Origin: Dehalococcoidia bacterium
GTDB lineage: Bacteria; Chloroflexota; Dehalococcoidia; Bin125
DNA length: 64,000 nucleotides
Assembly (NCBI GenBank): GCA_963663235.2
Contig: CAXXNO010000009.1
Span: forward strand, 32,001 to 96,000
Direction of reading: 5' to 3'
Shown piece by piece: positions 46,955 to 56,678 of the stretch. Position 1 is the stretch's first letter; every line of letters begins with the position of its first letter. A program made the position numbers and the translations under genes. Under the pieces are notes generated by a model. That model was not told the DNA's origin, did no database searches, and saw only the letters and a program-made list of their open reading frames with translations.

Positions 46955-47272
46955 TCAGCGCCCCTGCATCATCTGCCTGGCCGCCGCCAGCAGATCATCG
47001 GCGGCGGTGACCGGAGTGGCGTTCATTTCGGCGAACTCGCCGTAGGGGTTGGCATCGCCGAGGAAGGCGGCGATGTTCATGGGGCTGTCCGCCTCGGCGA
47101 TGAGGAACTCCACGTGCTCGGGCGCGGCGTTGTAGAGGCCGTGCACCTTGACCCCGTGCCGAGCGGCGATCTGGTCGATGTTCTCGAGCGCCTCGATAAT
47201 GTGGGGCATGAGCTCGGGGTGAAAGCCGGGGCAGTGGGCGCCATCGTGGCGCATGGTGCCGTGGAACAGCAT
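46955..47272 (-). CDS. Small hypothetical protein (105 aa, possibly GYD/DUF3303-like)
   Basis: GGGGAGGAG RBS, then MLFHGTMRHDGAHCPG..APEHVEFLIAEADS..TPV. Confidence 0.65.
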   Translation of the reverse strand: MLFHGTMRHDGAHCPGFHPELMPHIIEALENIDQIAARHGVKVHGLYNAAPEHVEFLIAEADSPMNIAAFLGDANPYGEFAEMNATPVTAADDLLAAARQMMQGR

Positions 47273-47339
47273 GCAGATCTCCTCCCCAAGGCTCGCCGTT
47301 CGAGTCGTTGACCGGGCGCGAGTATAGCGCGCCGCACGC

Positions 47340-48020
47340 TCACTGCGCGACGAACGTCGTCTCGATGTCGTTGACGAGGACGGAGTACTCGCGGCCGGAC
47401 TCGAAATCGGAGCCGAGGGCGACGTTGTGCTCCACGGTGCCGTAGATCGTGGTGCAGGCGATATCAGCCTCCGGCGCGGGGGCCAGGTTCCAGACGTCGA
47501 TGCGGATGGTGAGGCCGTCGCGGGCGACATCGAGGGCGTCGAACTCGTCGCAGCCGCTGGGCAAGCCGGAGAGGATGTGGACGAAGACCTGCACCGGGAA
47601 CGACTCGGCGATGTTGATCTCGACGGCGTCAATCGGCGCGCGCACTCGCACCTGGGGGAAGCCGGGCTCGATCACGATCTCCTGCGCCGCCTGGGAGACG
47701 ATCCAGAGGACATCGCCATCCCGCAGGGGGAAGTTCACGACACCGAGCGCCGGGATGAACGAGGTCCAGCTCAGGGCGCCCGGGTCGAAGAGCCAGGCGA
47801 TCTTGACGGGGCCGAAGAGGTCCGCCGCCTGGGCCGGGCCCAGGTCCCAGAACACGAACTGGCCGCCGGCGCTCAGGGAGAGGACGCGGGCGGGTTCCTC
47901 ATCGTCGGGCCGTGCGCCGGCGTCGGTCGCGGTGAGGCTCGACGCAAGAGCGACGGCGACGACGACCAGCAGCAGTAGCGCCAGCGCGAGTTTGCGCGGC
48001 TGCGCGAGTGCGACAGGCAT
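47340..48020 (-). CDS. Hypothetical exported protein
   Basis: AGGAGA RBS, hydrophobic N-terminal signal, C-terminal beta-rich domain with a Cys pair (LPSGC..IACT). Confidence 0.7.
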   Translation of the reverse strand: MPVALAQPRKLALALLLLVVVAVALASSLTATDAGARPDDEEPARVLSLSAGGQFVFWDLGPAQAADLFGPVKIAWLFDPGALSWTSFIPALGVVNFPLRDGDVLWIVSQAAQEIVIEPGFPQVRVRAPIDAVEINIAESFPVQVFVHILSGLPSGCDEFDALDVARDGLTIRIDVWNLAPAPEADIACTTIYGTVEHNVALGSDFESGREYSVLVNDIETTFVAQ

Positions 48021-48063
48021 GGTTTCTCTCCCTCGCGAGGCTAGACGCTGCACTTTGCCATTT

Positions 48064-48121
48064 GTTCCTGGGCCATTAGTTCCTGGGCCGGGGGTTCCTG
48101 GGTCATCGGTTCCTGGGGCAT
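48064..48121. repeat. Four degenerate 15-bp tandem repeats (core GTTCCTGGG)
   Basis: Core at 48064, 48079, 48094 and 48109. Confidence 0.8.
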
Positions 48122-48346
48122 CGGCTCCGACGGTACCTGGTCCAACCGCCGGAGGTCGCGGCCATCATTATCGGACAGGCCGACGGACGGAGTCGCGGCC
48201 GGGCGCGATCGACGAGCGGGTGGTTTGCCGCCGAACAACCGCTGTGCTATCTCTGAGCGCGCTGTCAAACAGAGGAGCCGCGCGGGGCTCTGCTCTCTAG
48301 AGGCTGGGCCTCCAGAGGCGCGGAGCGCCAAGAAAGCTGGGAACGC

Positions 48347-48784
48347 ATGCCAACGCCCGACGAACTGCGCGCCGCGATCGCGAAGGGGCGGGCCGACTTC
48401 AAGGCCGCCATCGAAGCGGCCGGGGACAACTGGGAGCGGAAACCGTCCCCCGCCGAGGGCGCTGGTGAGGGCGAGGCGTCCTGGTCGGCGCGGGAGGCCG
48501 CGGAGCACACCATCGATGCGGAGGCCTGGTTCGTCACGGAGGCCTGCCAGGCCTGCGGCTACCCAGGCATCGACGCCGTCAAGCCCTCCTGTTCCAGCGC
48601 CGCCGACGCCGTTCAGGCGCTGGACGACATCTCGGCCAAGGCCGACGGCCGCCTGAAGTACATCACCGAGAAAGACCTGGAGATGGCCCACGAGCAGATG
48701 AAGACCGTAGCCGGGCTCCTGGACTACAACGCGCAGCACCTGCAGGAGCACGCCGCGCAGATCCGCGCCGCCGCCGGCGCGTAA
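48347..48784 (+). CDS. DinB-like superfamily protein
   Basis: WSAREAAEH and C-terminal HLQEHAAQI His pattern. Confidence 0.7.
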   Translation: MPTPDELRAAIAKGRADFKAAIEAAGDNWERKPSPAEGAGEGEASWSAREAAEHTIDAEAWFVTEACQACGYPGIDAVKPSCSSAADAVQALDDISAKADGRLKYITEKDLEMAHEQMKTVAGLLDYNAQHLQEHAAQIRAAAGA

Positions 48785-48804
48785 GCGCCGTTCGCGGGGG
48801 GGGG

Positions 48805-49965
48805 TTAGCGGTGCGCGGCGGCGGCGTGCCGCGCCAGCAGGCCGGCTCCGAAATCGCCCCGCGGGTCGCGCCAGACGGCGTGGATGTGGTTCACGTCGTG
48901 CTGGACGTTGTCGTACTCCACCAGGAATCGCGGCCCCTGGAGACGATAGTAGTGAGGCTGCCGACGCTCCAGGCCGCCGGCCCAGGCGAAGTGGACGGCG
49001 GCGAGGGCGTCGCCGCCGAGCTTGGCCGTCTCGACGGCGGCGATCTCGTCCGGCATGCGGTCGATGTACTGACGGATGAGAGCGGTTAGGGCATCTCGCT
49101 GGCCGGCGGTCATGTCCGCCGCGGGCAGCCCCTTGGGCCGGTCGCTGTAGCGCAGCGCCTCGAAATGCTCGTCGCGCAGGCCCAGCTCCTCGCGGTCGCG
49201 CTGCATGCGCTCTTTCCATCGCTCCGAAGTGGGGATGCCCATCATCTCGGGCGCGGGAATGGGCAGGGCGCCGTCGATGACACGGGGCCGGTTGCCCTGC
49301 ACGATGTCGGGCGGAGCGGCGGCGGAGATGATGGCGGTGGCGCGCTGGGCGTCGGTCAGCGCGTGGACGAGCGCGCGGGCCAGGTCCTCCTCACCGGCCA
49401 GCGGACGCAGCACCCCAGGGCCGACGAACGACACCTCCGCCGGGTCCGAGCCGAAGAAGGTGGGTGTGGGTGAGTCCACACGGCCGTCGGCGATGGTGTA
49501 GTGCAGCGAGACGTGATGCCCCTCGAAGCGCCAGCCCCACGGCCCGTTGCCCTGCGGCTCGCCGAACACGGTGACGAAGTACATGCCGGGGTCGCGACCG
49601 CGCTCGGGGTACCAGGTCCTGCGCCAGTCCTCCATCGCATCGAGGGTGTTTTCCAGCCCGATGATCGTGGAGGCGGTGACGTAGCCGGCGGGGCTGAGGC
49701 CGGAGGCGACGAGGGCGTGCGCCAGCCGCTGCTGCCTGGGCGTCATCTCCCCCAGGGGCAAGCCGCCGCGGGCGTTGGGCGTGTAGAACCAGCGGGTGCG
49801 CTCGGCGTCATCGGCGAAGTTGAACCGCGCCTTGGCGTTTTGGTCGCCGTCCAGCGCGGCAAGCAGGTCCGACGCCGCCTGCGCCATGCGCTCCGCGACG
49901 ACGCGCGCGCCCGTGCGGTCGCCGGGGGCCGACGGATCGGGGGCGGTGGGTGTCGTCTTGGCCAT
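48805..49965 (-). CDS. DUF3500 domain protein
   Basis: WFYTP, PWGWRFEGHHVSL, PTFFG, HYYRLQGP, EYDN, NHIHAVWRD. Confidence 0.85.
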   Translation of the reverse strand: MAKTTPTAPDPSAPGDRTGARVVAERMAQAASDLLAALDGDQNAKARFNFADDAERTRWFYTPNARGGLPLGEMTPRQQRLAHALVASGLSPAGYVTASTIIGLENTLDAMEDWRRTWYPERGRDPGMYFVTVFGEPQGNGPWGWRFEGHHVSLHYTIADGRVDSPTPTFFGSDPAEVSFVGPGVLRPLAGEEDLARALVHALTDAQRATAIISAAAPPDIVQGNRPRVIDGALPIPAPEMMGIPTSERWKERMQRDREELGLRDEHFEALRYSDRPKGLPAADMTAGQRDALTALIRQYIDRMPDEIAAVETAKLGGDALAAVHFAWAGGLERRQPHYYRLQGPRFLVEYDNVQHDVNHIHAVWRDPRGDFGAGLLARHAAAAHR

Positions 49966-49985
49966 GCCCACTCCGCAGCCCGTCG

Positions 49986-50453
49986 CTAGCCGAGGGCCAT
50001 GGGCTCCTTGACCCAGCCGGACTCGTACGGGGTGATGAACTTCATGTTGATCTTCATGCGGCTGAAGAACCAGCGCCCGCTCAGCTTCTTGTAGTCCTCA
50101 TCGTAGGTGGCGGAGATGAACATCGCGCGGCCCGAGACCGTGGCGGGGAGCCACATATACCACGTCCCGGTCGCCGTCCGGCCGGAGGGGTCGACGTTAA
50201 TCTGCGGGCCCATGTAGTAGTGGAGTGCGAAGGTAAAGTCCTTGCGGACCTCCGCGAAGAAGTCCTGGATCGCCTGGCGTCCGTTGTGCACGCCAAAGCC
50301 CTCGCCGCCGTCCCAGACCCCATCCTCCGTGAAGAGCGCCCCGATGCCGGGTGGGTCATAGTTGTCGTCACAGACCTGGGCGTACTTGATCTTGAGCGCC
50401 TTGATCTCCTCGATGTCCTCAAGTTCTTGGACCCGTTGTTCCAGCGTGGTCAT
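49986..50453 (-). CDS. SnoaL/NTF2-like protein (LinA/BaiE-like)
   Basis: MTTLEQRVQELEDIEEI..LFTEDGVW..HY..TPYESGW. Paralog of 33080. Confidence 0.82.
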   Translation of the reverse strand: MTTLEQRVQELEDIEEIKALKIKYAQVCDDNYDPPGIGALFTEDGVWDGGEGFGVHNGRQAIQDFFAEVRKDFTFALHYYMGPQINVDPSGRTATGTWYMWLPATVSGRAMFISATYDEDYKKLSGRWFFSRMKINMKFITPYESGWVKEPMALG

Positions 50454-50669
50454 GGACTGCTCCTTCACCGTCTCGCGGCAGCGGGAACGCTAGCACCCAC
50501 CGGCGGCCGCTGTCCAGGAGCGGCGCCAGAGGTCGCGCCGATGTCGCAGGTGACATGCCGCGGCGGTCCGGGTATCGTTCTGCGTGTGCGCATATCGTGG
50601 GGGGGAGACTCCCGCGCGGCCCTCCGGCCTCCGGCCGGACTGCGCAAGGCGCGGTGAGCGCTGGAGGAA

Positions 50670-51755
50670 GTGATGAAACTCGGCGTGTTCATGATGCCGC
50701 TGCACCCGCCCGGCTCCCCTCTGGCTAAGACGCTGCAGGACGATCTGGAGCAGATCGTGAAGATGGACGAGTGGGGCTACGAGGAGGCGTGGATCGGCGA
50801 GCACATGACGCTGGAGTGGGAGAACATCCCCTCGCCGGAGATCTTCATCGCCAACGCGCTGGCGAGGACGAAGAACATCGTGCTAGGGACGGGGGTGAGC
50901 TGCCTGCCGAACCACAACCCGTTCGCCCTGGCGCACCGGATCGCGCTGCTGGACCATCTGGCCAAGGGGCGGTTTCGCTGGGGCATCGGGGCGGGCGCGG
51001 CGCCGGGGGACTTCGACGCGTTCAACGTCGACGCGGCCGCGGGCGAGCACTGGGAGGTGACCAAAGAGACCGTGGCGATGGTGATCAAGATCTGGGAGGG
51101 GCTGCCGCCGGGCTACTACGGGAACCGCTGGTGGCGGTTCAAGATTACGGAGCCGATGGAGGACGTCGCCTCGCACGTCTACATCAAGCCGTACCAGATG
51201 CCCCACCCGCCGATCGCGGCGGCGGGCGTGACGGAGAAGTCCCCATCGCTCACGCTGGCGGGCGAGCGCGGTTGGATCCCGATGAGCATCGGCTACGCGG
51301 CGCGGCGCCTGTTGATCGAGCAGTGGGAAGCGGTGGAGACCGGGGCCAAGATATCGGGCCGAACGCCGGACCGCTCGGAGTGGCGGGTGTCGCGGGAGGT
51401 CATTGTGGCCGACACGACCGAGGAAGCGCGTGAGATCGCGCTGAACAGCCCGATCACGCGCGACTACGTCGAGTACAACCTGCCCCTGATGGGCAAGTTT
51501 CAATTCCTCAAGCTGTTCAAAGAAGACCCCGACATGCCGGATGCCGCCATCACCCCGGAGTACCTGGTGGACAACATCTGGATCGTGGGCACGGTGGACG
51601 AAGTGGAGGAGAAGATCCGGGCGCTGTACAAGCACGTCGGGGGCTTCGGCGTGTTGCTGACGATGGCGCACGAGTGGACGCCGCGGGACAAATGGGAGCG
51701 GAGCGTGTCGTTGCTGGCGAAAGAGGTCATGCCGCGGCTGACCGACCTTAAGTAG
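50670..51755 (+). CDS. LLM-class flavin-dependent monooxygenase
   Basis: FMMPLHPP, AWIGEH, LGTGVSCLP, KPYQMPHPPI. Confidence 0.88.
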   Translation: MMKLGVFMMPLHPPGSPLAKTLQDDLEQIVKMDEWGYEEAWIGEHMTLEWENIPSPEIFIANALARTKNIVLGTGVSCLPNHNPFALAHRIALLDHLAKGRFRWGIGAGAAPGDFDAFNVDAAAGEHWEVTKETVAMVIKIWEGLPPGYYGNRWWRFKITEPMEDVASHVYIKPYQMPHPPIAAAGVTEKSPSLTLAGERGWIPMSIGYAARRLLIEQWEAVETGAKISGRTPDRSEWRVSREVIVADTTEEAREIALNSPITRDYVEYNLPLMGKFQFLKLFKEDPDMPDAAITPEYLVDNIWIVGTVDEVEEKIRALYKHVGGFGVLLTMAHEWTPRDKWERSVSLLAKEVMPRLTDLK

Positions 51756-51779
51756 CGCCGCGCCCCGCGCCAATTGAAG

Positions 51780-51810
51780 GAGGCCCTCGCGTGCGAGGGC
51801 CTCTCATTTG
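51780..51810. terminator. Terminator hairpin between convergent genes
   Basis: GAGGCCCTCG-CGTG-CGAGGGCCTC followed by TCATTTG. Confidence 0.7.
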
Positions 51811-51827
51811 TTCTCCGAGTCCGGCGG

Positions 51828-53642
51828 TCAGACCTTGGAGCGATCCGCCGCCATCTTCTTGCGAAGCTTATCGGTCGCCTTCTGGTCGACCTCGTAGATC
51901 TGGCGGCGGCGGTCCTTCTCCTTGATGACCGCGCCGTACTCCTCGCGGGCCTCGGCGAGCGTGACGTAGTCGTCCTTGAGGTCCTCGATGATCAGGTCCA
52001 GCGATCGCTCCAGGGCATCGCCGTAGCCACCGCCCCCCGCCGACCAGAAGCTCATCGTCTCGCCCGCGTTCGCGGCGGCGTTGAGCGCGAAGATGCCGAT
52101 GTTGCGCTCGTTCTCCGTCTCGTGGTTGATCACCAGCCCGGCCTTGCCACCCACCTCGCCACCGAAGATGCCGGGCGGGCCGAAGCGCTCGCGGTCGCCG
52201 ATGCAGGTGATGGTGCCCGAGATCCAGGGGAACTCGACGATCTGGATCAGTCCCGTGCCGCCGCGGGTACGTCCCGCCCCACCGCCGCTGTCCTTGCACT
52301 GGTGCTTGCGCCAGAGGACGGGGTAGCGCCGCTCTTGCAGCTCCGCGGGGATGTTCATAGTGCTGGCGGAATAGGGCGAGCCGGTGACGTTGTGGCCGTC
52401 CTTGTACTTCGTGCCACCCAGACCGCCGAAGCCCCAGACGTAGTTGATGAAGGGGGCATCGAAGTCGGGCCGCGCGTCGTGTCCGGCGAACACCGTGTTG
52501 AGGATGCTGAACGGCGTGGCGGTGCCGCGCTCGGGCAGCGCCCGGCTGAGCGCGGCCATGCAAGCGCCCACCACGCACTCCATGCTGGTGGCGGCAAGGC
52601 CGGAGATCCCGACGGGCGGCTGGGCCCAAACGATGGAGCCGCGCTTGGCCTTGATCTCGATGGTGCGCATGACGCCGGTGTTCATCGGCATCGGCGGCAG
52701 CACGCCCCCGAGCCCGATGAACACGGCGGAGGTCGTGGCCGCGATGGTGCAGTTGATGGCCGACTCGGCGGCGGTGTCGCTTTCGGTGAGGTCGAAGATC
52801 GCGTGATCGCCATCGACCGTGAGGGTCAGCCTGATCGCCTTGGGCTCGCCGGTGTGGACGTCCTGGTCGATCCAGTCTTCCGACTGGTACTGACCGTCCG
52901 GCAGGCTGGTCCAGGAGGAACGGGCCAAGCGCTCGGAGTGGTTCTGGACCTCCTCCATGGTGTCCAAGACGGTCGGCAGGCCGAACTTCTCTATGAGGGC
53001 GAGGATGCGCTCCGCCCCGGCCTTGACGGCGGCCGTCTGGGCGTTGAGGTCTCCGACGCGCTCCCACGACTGCCGCATGTTGGCCAGGAGCACGGTCAGG
53101 ATGTCTTGATTCAGGACGCCTTCGCGATAGATGTGGAGGGCCGGGATCCGCACGCCCTCCTCAAAGTGGGAGCGGGCGCGGGCGTTGAGGGAGCCCGGGG
53201 CGACGCCGCCGACGTCCGACCAGTGCGCGGTGGAGGTGGTGAAGGCGATGAGCCGGCCGTCGTGGAAGACCGGGTTCACCAAGTGGATGTCGTTGCAGTG
53301 GGTGCTGGCGACGTAGGGGTCGTTGATCATGTAGATGTCGCCGGGCTTCATGTTCTCGAGGCCGATGGCCCGGACGACCTCGGGCACGGTCAAGAGCGTC
53401 AGTCCCACGAAGGCCGGGAGGTCGAACTGGCCCTGGGAGACGAGCTTGCCGTGGCGGTCGTAGACGGAGCCGGAGAAGTCCCGTCCCTCGTTCACGGGCG
53501 TGGAGTAGGCGGTCTTGGCGACCACCAAGGCCATCTCGTTGCTGACGGCCCCGAAGGCGTTGCGCAGCACTTCAAAGGTGATGGGATCGACCTTCAGATC
53601 CGCGGCGCCGGCAGGCGCCGCCTCCTGGCTCTGTTGCGACAT
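51828..53642 (-). CDS. Hydantoinase B / 5-oxoprolinase family subunit
   Basis: DPITFEV, NDPY..HCND, AHWSDVGG, EEG, PAELQE, GGGGYGD. Confidence 0.92.
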   Translation of the reverse strand: MSQQSQEAAPAGAADLKVDPITFEVLRNAFGAVSNEMALVVAKTAYSTPVNEGRDFSGSVYDRHGKLVSQGQFDLPAFVGLTLLTVPEVVRAIGLENMKPGDIYMINDPYVASTHCNDIHLVNPVFHDGRLIAFTTSTAHWSDVGGVAPGSLNARARSHFEEGVRIPALHIYREGVLNQDILTVLLANMRQSWERVGDLNAQTAAVKAGAERILALIEKFGLPTVLDTMEEVQNHSERLARSSWTSLPDGQYQSEDWIDQDVHTGEPKAIRLTLTVDGDHAIFDLTESDTAAESAINCTIAATTSAVFIGLGGVLPPMPMNTGVMRTIEIKAKRGSIVWAQPPVGISGLAATSMECVVGACMAALSRALPERGTATPFSILNTVFAGHDARPDFDAPFINYVWGFGGLGGTKYKDGHNVTGSPYSASTMNIPAELQERRYPVLWRKHQCKDSGGGAGRTRGGTGLIQIVEFPWISGTITCIGDRERFGPPGIFGGEVGGKAGLVINHETENERNIGIFALNAAANAGETMSFWSAGGGGYGDALERSLDLIIEDLKDDYVTLAEAREEYGAVIKEKDRRRQIYEVDQKATDKLRKKMAADRSKV

Positions 53643-53762
53643 GCATGCCCCTTCCCTCGATGCGCGGCTATCGGCGCCAGGCTAGCACCGGAGCCCGAGC
53701 GGGGCCACGCTCGTACCGGGTTGCGGGACGGGCTAGCATAGCGAGCGCGGAAAGGACGACCC

Positions 53763-54671
53763 ATGGCATCTCCCCAACTGCAAGAAATGGTCCAGAAGAT
53801 GCGAGCCGCGCCCGTGCTGGACCCCAGCATGAGCGTGGCCGAGCTGCGCGCGGCCTACAACGCCGTCACCTACCCGATGCCGCCGAACACGACCCTGACG
53901 CCCGTGAACGTGAAGGGTGTCTCGGCCGAGTGGGCCGTGGCGGAGGGGGCCGACCCGACGCGCCGCGTGCTCTATTTTCACGGCGGCGGCTACGTCATCG
54001 GCAACGTGGTGACGCACCGCGACCTGGCGGCCGCGATCTCCCACGCCAGCGGCTGCGCGGCGCTGAACGTGGACTACCGGCTGGGGCCCGAGCATCGGTT
54101 CCCGGCCGCCGTCGATGACGCTGTGGCCGCCTATCGCTGGATGCGCGCGAACGGACCCGACGGCGCCTCGCCGGCCGCCGCCACCTTCATCCTGGGAGAC
54201 TCCGCGGGCGGCGGCCTGACGCTGGCCATGATGCTGGCCCTCCGCGACACGGGCGCTCCCCTGCCCGACGCGGCGGTCACCATCTCCGCCTGGACCGACC
54301 TGGCCAACAGCGGCGACGCGATCAAAGGCCGCGCCGAGGCCGATCCTCGACTGAGCCTGGAGATGCTGGAATCGATGGCGTCGAACTACCTAGGCGACAC
54401 GGACCCGAAGACGCCGCTGGCGTCGCCGCTGTACGCGGACGCGACCGGGCTGCCACCGCTCCTCATGCAGGTGGGCGACGCGGAGATCGTGCTGGACGAC
54501 ACGACGCGGTTCGCGGCCAAGGCGCGCGCCGCCGGCGTCGACGTGACGGAAGAGGTGTGGCCGGAGATGTTCCACGTCTGGCAGCACCAGTGGGCGGCGC
54601 TGCCGGAAGGGCAGGAGGCGGTCGACCGGATCGGGGCGTACCTCAAGGAGCACGTGCCCGCGACGGGCTAG
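53763..54671 (+). CDS. HSL-family alpha/beta hydrolase (esterase/lactonase)
   Basis: HGGGY, GDSAGG, MFHVW. Confidence 0.92.
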   Translation: MASPQLQEMVQKMRAAPVLDPSMSVAELRAAYNAVTYPMPPNTTLTPVNVKGVSAEWAVAEGADPTRRVLYFHGGGYVIGNVVTHRDLAAAISHASGCAALNVDYRLGPEHRFPAAVDDAVAAYRWMRANGPDGASPAAATFILGDSAGGGLTLAMMLALRDTGAPLPDAAVTISAWTDLANSGDAIKGRAEADPRLSLEMLESMASNYLGDTDPKTPLASPLYADATGLPPLLMQVGDAEIVLDDTTRFAAKARAAGVDVTEEVWPEMFHVWQHQWAALPEGQEAVDRIGAYLKEHVPATG

Positions 54672-54697
54672 CCGCGCTGCGGCGGAAGGAGAGTCCC

Positions 54698-55276
54698 ATG
54701 TCAGAGCCTCGGCTTGTCCCCGGGGACGCCCTGCTGATCGTCGATATGCAGAACGACTTCTTACCCGGCGGCCTGTTGCCCCTGGAGAGCGGCCTGGAGG
54801 TGATCCCCGTCCTCAACCGCTGGATCGAAGCCGCCAGCAAGGCGGGTTACCCCATCTTCGCATCGCGCGACTGGCATGCGGCGAGCCACGTCAGCTTCGT
54901 GGAGCGCGGCGGGCCCTGGCCGGTGCACTGCCTGATGAACACGCCGGGCGCCGAGATCAGCCCGGACCTGAAGTTGCCGCCGGACGCAGTCATCATCGAC
55001 AAGGGAAGCGAGCCGGACAAAGAGGCGTACTCGGCGTTCGACGGCACGGAGTTGGGCGAGCATCTGCGGCGCGGGGGCGTGAGGCGGCTGTGGGTTGGGG
55101 GGGTGGCGCTGGACTATTGCGTGCGCGCCAGCGTGCTGGACGGGGTGAAGTTGGGAGCCTTCGAGGTGCACCTCATCCTCGACGCCACCCGCGCGGCCGA
55201 CGTGGAGCCGGGAGACGGCGAGCGTGCGGTGGAGGAGATGCGGACGGCCGGGGCGCTCATCGAGGAAGTGGCCTGA
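54698..55276 (+). CDS. pncA: Nicotinamidase
   Basis: VDMQNDF, RDWH, WPVHC, YSAF, ALDYCV. Adjacent to pncB. Confidence 0.92.
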   Translation: MSEPRLVPGDALLIVDMQNDFLPGGLLPLESGLEVIPVLNRWIEAASKAGYPIFASRDWHAASHVSFVERGGPWPVHCLMNTPGAEISPDLKLPPDAVIIDKGSEPDKEAYSAFDGTELGEHLRRGGVRRLWVGGVALDYCVRASVLDGVKLGAFEVHLILDATRAADVEPGDGERAVEEMRTAGALIEEVA

Positions 55277-55278
55277 CG

Positions 55279-56658
55279 ATGAGCGAGGGCGTGTCGCCGC
55301 GCCGCGCGTGGGTCACGGACGCCAACGCCGCCCTCCTGACCGACCTCTACCAACTCAAGATGCTCCAGGCCTACCTGCGCGAGGGCCTGGTGGAGACCGC
55401 CGTCTTCGACCTGTTCGCGCGCCGGCTCCCGCGGCAGCGCAACTACCTGGTCGCGGCCGGGCTGGACGACGCCCTGCACTACCTGGAGACGATGACGTTC
55501 TCCGCGGAAGCGCTGGAGTATATCGCCTCGCTGCCGCAGTTCTCGCGCGAGTTCGTCGATTACCTGGCCACGTTCCGCTTCCGCGGCGACGTGTACGCGG
55601 CGCCGGAGGGCACGGTGGTGTTCGCGGAGGAGCCCATCATCGAAGTCGTTGCACCCGTCCATGAGGCGCAACTGGTGGAGAGCTTCCTGCTCAACCAGAT
55701 CCACTTCCAGACCGTGGTGGCCTCCAAGGCGGCCAGGGTAGTGAGCGCCGCCGGCGGCCGGCCCGTCATCGAGTTCGGCCTGCGGCGGCTGCACGGCACC
55801 GACGCCGGGATGAAGGCCGCGCGGGCCGCTTACATCGCCGGCGTCGCGGCCACATCCAACGTGCTGGCCGCGCAGGTCTACGGCATCGAGCCCAGCGGCA
55901 CCATGGCGCACTCCTACATCGAGGCGCACGAGGACGAATACAGCGCCTTCCGCGAGTACGTGGCCCTGTACCCGGAGACCGTGCTCCTGGTCGACACCTA
56001 CGACACGCTCCACAGCGTCCGCGAGGTGGTGCGACTGGCGCGCGAGCTGGGGCCGGAGTTCCGGGTGAGCGCGATCCGCCTCGACTCGGGGGACATCGCG
56101 ACCCTGGCGAAGGATGCGCGCCAGATCCTGGACGAGGGCGGACTCCCGCAGGTGGAGATCTTCGTGAGCGGCAGCCTGGACGAGTACATCGTGGCGGAGC
56201 TGCTGGAGAAAGGCGCGCCGATCGACGCCTTCGCCGTGGGCACGCACATGGGCATCTCCGCGGACGCGCCCTACGTCGACAGCGCCTACAAGCTGGTCGC
56301 GTACGGCGGGCGCGGGCGGATGAAGCTCTCGACGGGCAAGACGATCTTGCCGGGACGGAAGCAAGTGTTTCGCACGGGCGAAGGCAGCGACGACGCGCAC
56401 GACGTCATCGCGCTACACGAGGAAACGCTGCCGGGCCGTCCGCTGCTGCTGCCGGTGATGCGCGGGGGAAAGCGGCTCCCGGCGGGGCGGGCCACGCTAT
56501 CCGAGGCGCGCGATTTCGCCCGCGACGAGCTGGCGCGCCTGCCCGCGCGGTTGCACAGCCTGGCGCCCGCGGATCCGGCCTATCGGGTCGAGATCAGTCC
56601 CGCTCTCGGCGCCGAGCGCGACCGCATCCGCCAGGACATCGAACGAGCGATAGGATAG
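55279..56658 (+). CDS. pncB: Nicotinate phosphoribosyltransferase
   Basis: LLTDLYQL, EFGLRR, GTMAHS, LVDTYD, IRLDSGD, AYKLV. Confidence 0.95.
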   Translation: MSEGVSPRRAWVTDANAALLTDLYQLKMLQAYLREGLVETAVFDLFARRLPRQRNYLVAAGLDDALHYLETMTFSAEALEYIASLPQFSREFVDYLATFRFRGDVYAAPEGTVVFAEEPIIEVVAPVHEAQLVESFLLNQIHFQTVVASKAARVVSAAGGRPVIEFGLRRLHGTDAGMKAARAAYIAGVAATSNVLAAQVYGIEPSGTMAHSYIEAHEDEYSAFREYVALYPETVLLVDTYDTLHSVREVVRLARELGPEFRVSAIRLDSGDIATLAKDARQILDEGGLPQVEIFVSGSLDEYIVAELLEKGAPIDAFAVGTHMGISADAPYVDSAYKLVAYGGRGRMKLSTGKTILPGRKQVFRTGEGSDDAHDVIALHEETLPGRPLLLPVMRGGKRLPAGRATLSEARDFARDELARLPARLHSLAPADPAYRVEISPALGAERDRIRQDIERAIG

Positions 56659-56678
56659 CCGCCCAGCGCGCTCACGGA

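Noticed and set aside
54698-56658. Functional link between pncAB and the nitrile hydratase (cyanopyridine to nicotinamide)
   Set aside because: The loci are about 28 kb apart and pncAB is ordinary NAD salvage.
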